Positions 62,366 to 64,000 of a stretch of DNA of 64,000 bases are shown one piece after another; positions within the stretch are counted from its first letter, which is position 1; each line of letters opens with the position of its first letter. The stretch is taken from positions 372,001 through 436,000 of the forward strand of contig NW_026782110.1 of the NCBI RefSeq assembly GCF_031769215.1. Reading direction: 5' to 3'. The notes beneath the pieces are model-generated. The model saw only the letters and a program-made list of their open reading frames with translations. It was not told the DNA's origin and searched no databases. The DNA is from Ylistrum balloti (lineage: Eukaryota). The position numbers and the translations under genes were made by a program.

Positions 62366-63814
62366 TTTTCATTTCTTCGTCGATGTAATATTCACAAGTT
62401 GATTAAATTGTCTTTACAAAAAGAGTACGATTAGACTCTAGTGCTAAGACATTATGTTTATATGTACCTAAAAAGCCAGTGATTAGCCTTGACGTTGATA
62501 TTTTATTATGTGCGTTTTGGAGGTCATTATTTCATTGTTTGATGTGTTTCTTATGATCATCATCATTTTCACTTATCTCATTTTACCTTTCGTAAGTTAT
62601 ATTTCACATCCATATATTGTCGGAACATAATATCTGTATGAATTACAAAACATCAGACATATTTAACAGACGCCCTTGTATTGTACTGGAGAAGATAATA
62701 CAAAGACACATGATGCTTGCCTAGCTAAGCACTCCTACGTTCTTCGCTAACTCTATAATGTAGAACAGCGGAAAAGAAATAATACCAGTTGCTATTACAC
62801 GACCAGACACAGATAAACTAAGTAGTCGAATCATTTGCGTTAATTATTGTTTCTGATTTCAGTTGGAGGAATTATGAGGGGAATACCCAGTACATTTATT
62901 ATAATGGTTCTTTCTAAGAAAACAACAAAGGAGCTTATAAAGGTGAGAAAATGGGAGGTGATTATATAAATTACAAACGTCAGCAAGTTCTATCTATGTA
63001 TAATAAAGATATATTTGGGATACTTCCCATTTATTTTTATTTTTTATATAAGTATCATTCCATTTCATTTCAATAAAAGGGGAAATTAATTTAAAACAGG
63101 ATCGACCCGAAAATTTAAAAAAAAAAAGAATGCCTGTTATTTAGGACAAAATGAAAGCTAATAAAAGATATATTTCCATTATTTATACTCATAAAAACCA
63201 ATTTAACAAAGGAAACATACGTTTGGCCCAGGAAACCTTCAGCTGATGCAAGATGTCGACGGCTGACACATGATCTCACTGACAGTATCGCTGAATACAA
63301 AATACCCTTCCGCAACACCAAATATATTCTGGTTGTACTTTCTCCGTGTCAAACTTTCCGTCGTTTATATATTCCTCTAGTTATATAAAATCTAAATTTG
63401 AATCAATATTCCAGTATAAACGAAGGAGGTTCATAACGTCCAGTCATTGGCAACCTGAGTAATAATAAGTTTAAAGCATGTTTGAAGAGTATTTCTTCCT
63501 TGTCTATCTGGCAAGTCTAGTTCATTTTGTGTACAGGAAAAGTAAATAATATGTGATCATATAATTGGCCAGTATAGTGATTAAAATACTATATACTATA
63601 TACTAAATAAAACAGTTTTAGCATCAGTACCTCTGTATTGTCTTTTGAGTTTAGATTCCATTACTTTATGATACATAAGATCAGCGTGTGAATCTGCATT
63701 TTATTAAGTATAAAATATTTCAGTATTTCACTATTTCAATTTAACCATTCTCCATATTTTCTTAAAATTCTTTGTAAAATCATCGACAGACCTTTGACTG
63801 TTAACTAATAATAT

Positions 63815-64000
63815 TAACTTCAATAGATGCATTAAAACTAAGTTGGGTAAGGAGACTTTATCATAGAGCAGGTAAGTGGTCTGCAATATTACAGACTAAT
63901 GTAGACATTGACATCCTACTGAATACTGGAGGTGAGTATATACAAAACTGCAAAAATGAAATCAAAAATAAATTTTGGAAAGATGTTTTCAGAGTATGGT
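63815..64000 (+). mobile_element. Tx1/L1-clade LINE ORF2 fragment (continues beyond the window)
   Basis: From 63829, 57 open codons ALKLSWVRRLYHRAGKWSAILQTNVDIDILLNTGGEYIQNCKNEIKNKFWKDVFRVW, with the ALK..W..RL and N.FWKDV...W motifs. Confidence 0.7.

Overview
AT-rich eukaryotic (animal) genomic DNA, most likely from a bivalve mollusc. That assignment is inferred from GT-AG introns, pearl/HINE-type interspersed repeats, mollusc-style SINE domains and a very high minisatellite load (about 18.5 kb, roughly 29% of the window). It is not prokaryotic, and there is no CRISPR, rRNA or true tRNA gene. Three host genes lie on the + strand: (A) the last five coding exons of an unidentified gene (271-4956); (B) a two-coding-exon, 305-aa J-domain (HPD) co-chaperone with a probable mitochondrial leader and a C-terminal TM helix, DNAJC30/DNAJC4-like (16005-16696 + 22249-22474); (C) a single-coding-exon, 436-aa disordered orphan protein (54333-55643) preceded by two uORFs. 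Nearly all the long ORFs in the supplied track are artefacts of stop-free minisatellite units. A nested transposon cluster spans 24.8-32.2 kb: a THAP-encoding Kolobok-like 5' end, an I-clade LINE, a modular-TIR element with a 7-bp TSD, a SINE, HINEs, a solo LTR and an L2/Daphne-like LINE. The best second-look signals are three minimal type I hammerhead ribozyme motifs (one with an intact core and GUA cleavage triplet at 52403-52446); two minisatellites seeded on real splice sites (about 24 cryptic donors behind exon A1, and a 3.3-kb AG-free expansion of the DnaJ acceptor); a 21-nt insertion in the 54-bp array templated from DNA 2 kb upstream; and a near-perfect 51-bp-stem hairpin. All calls were made by eye with no database searches.
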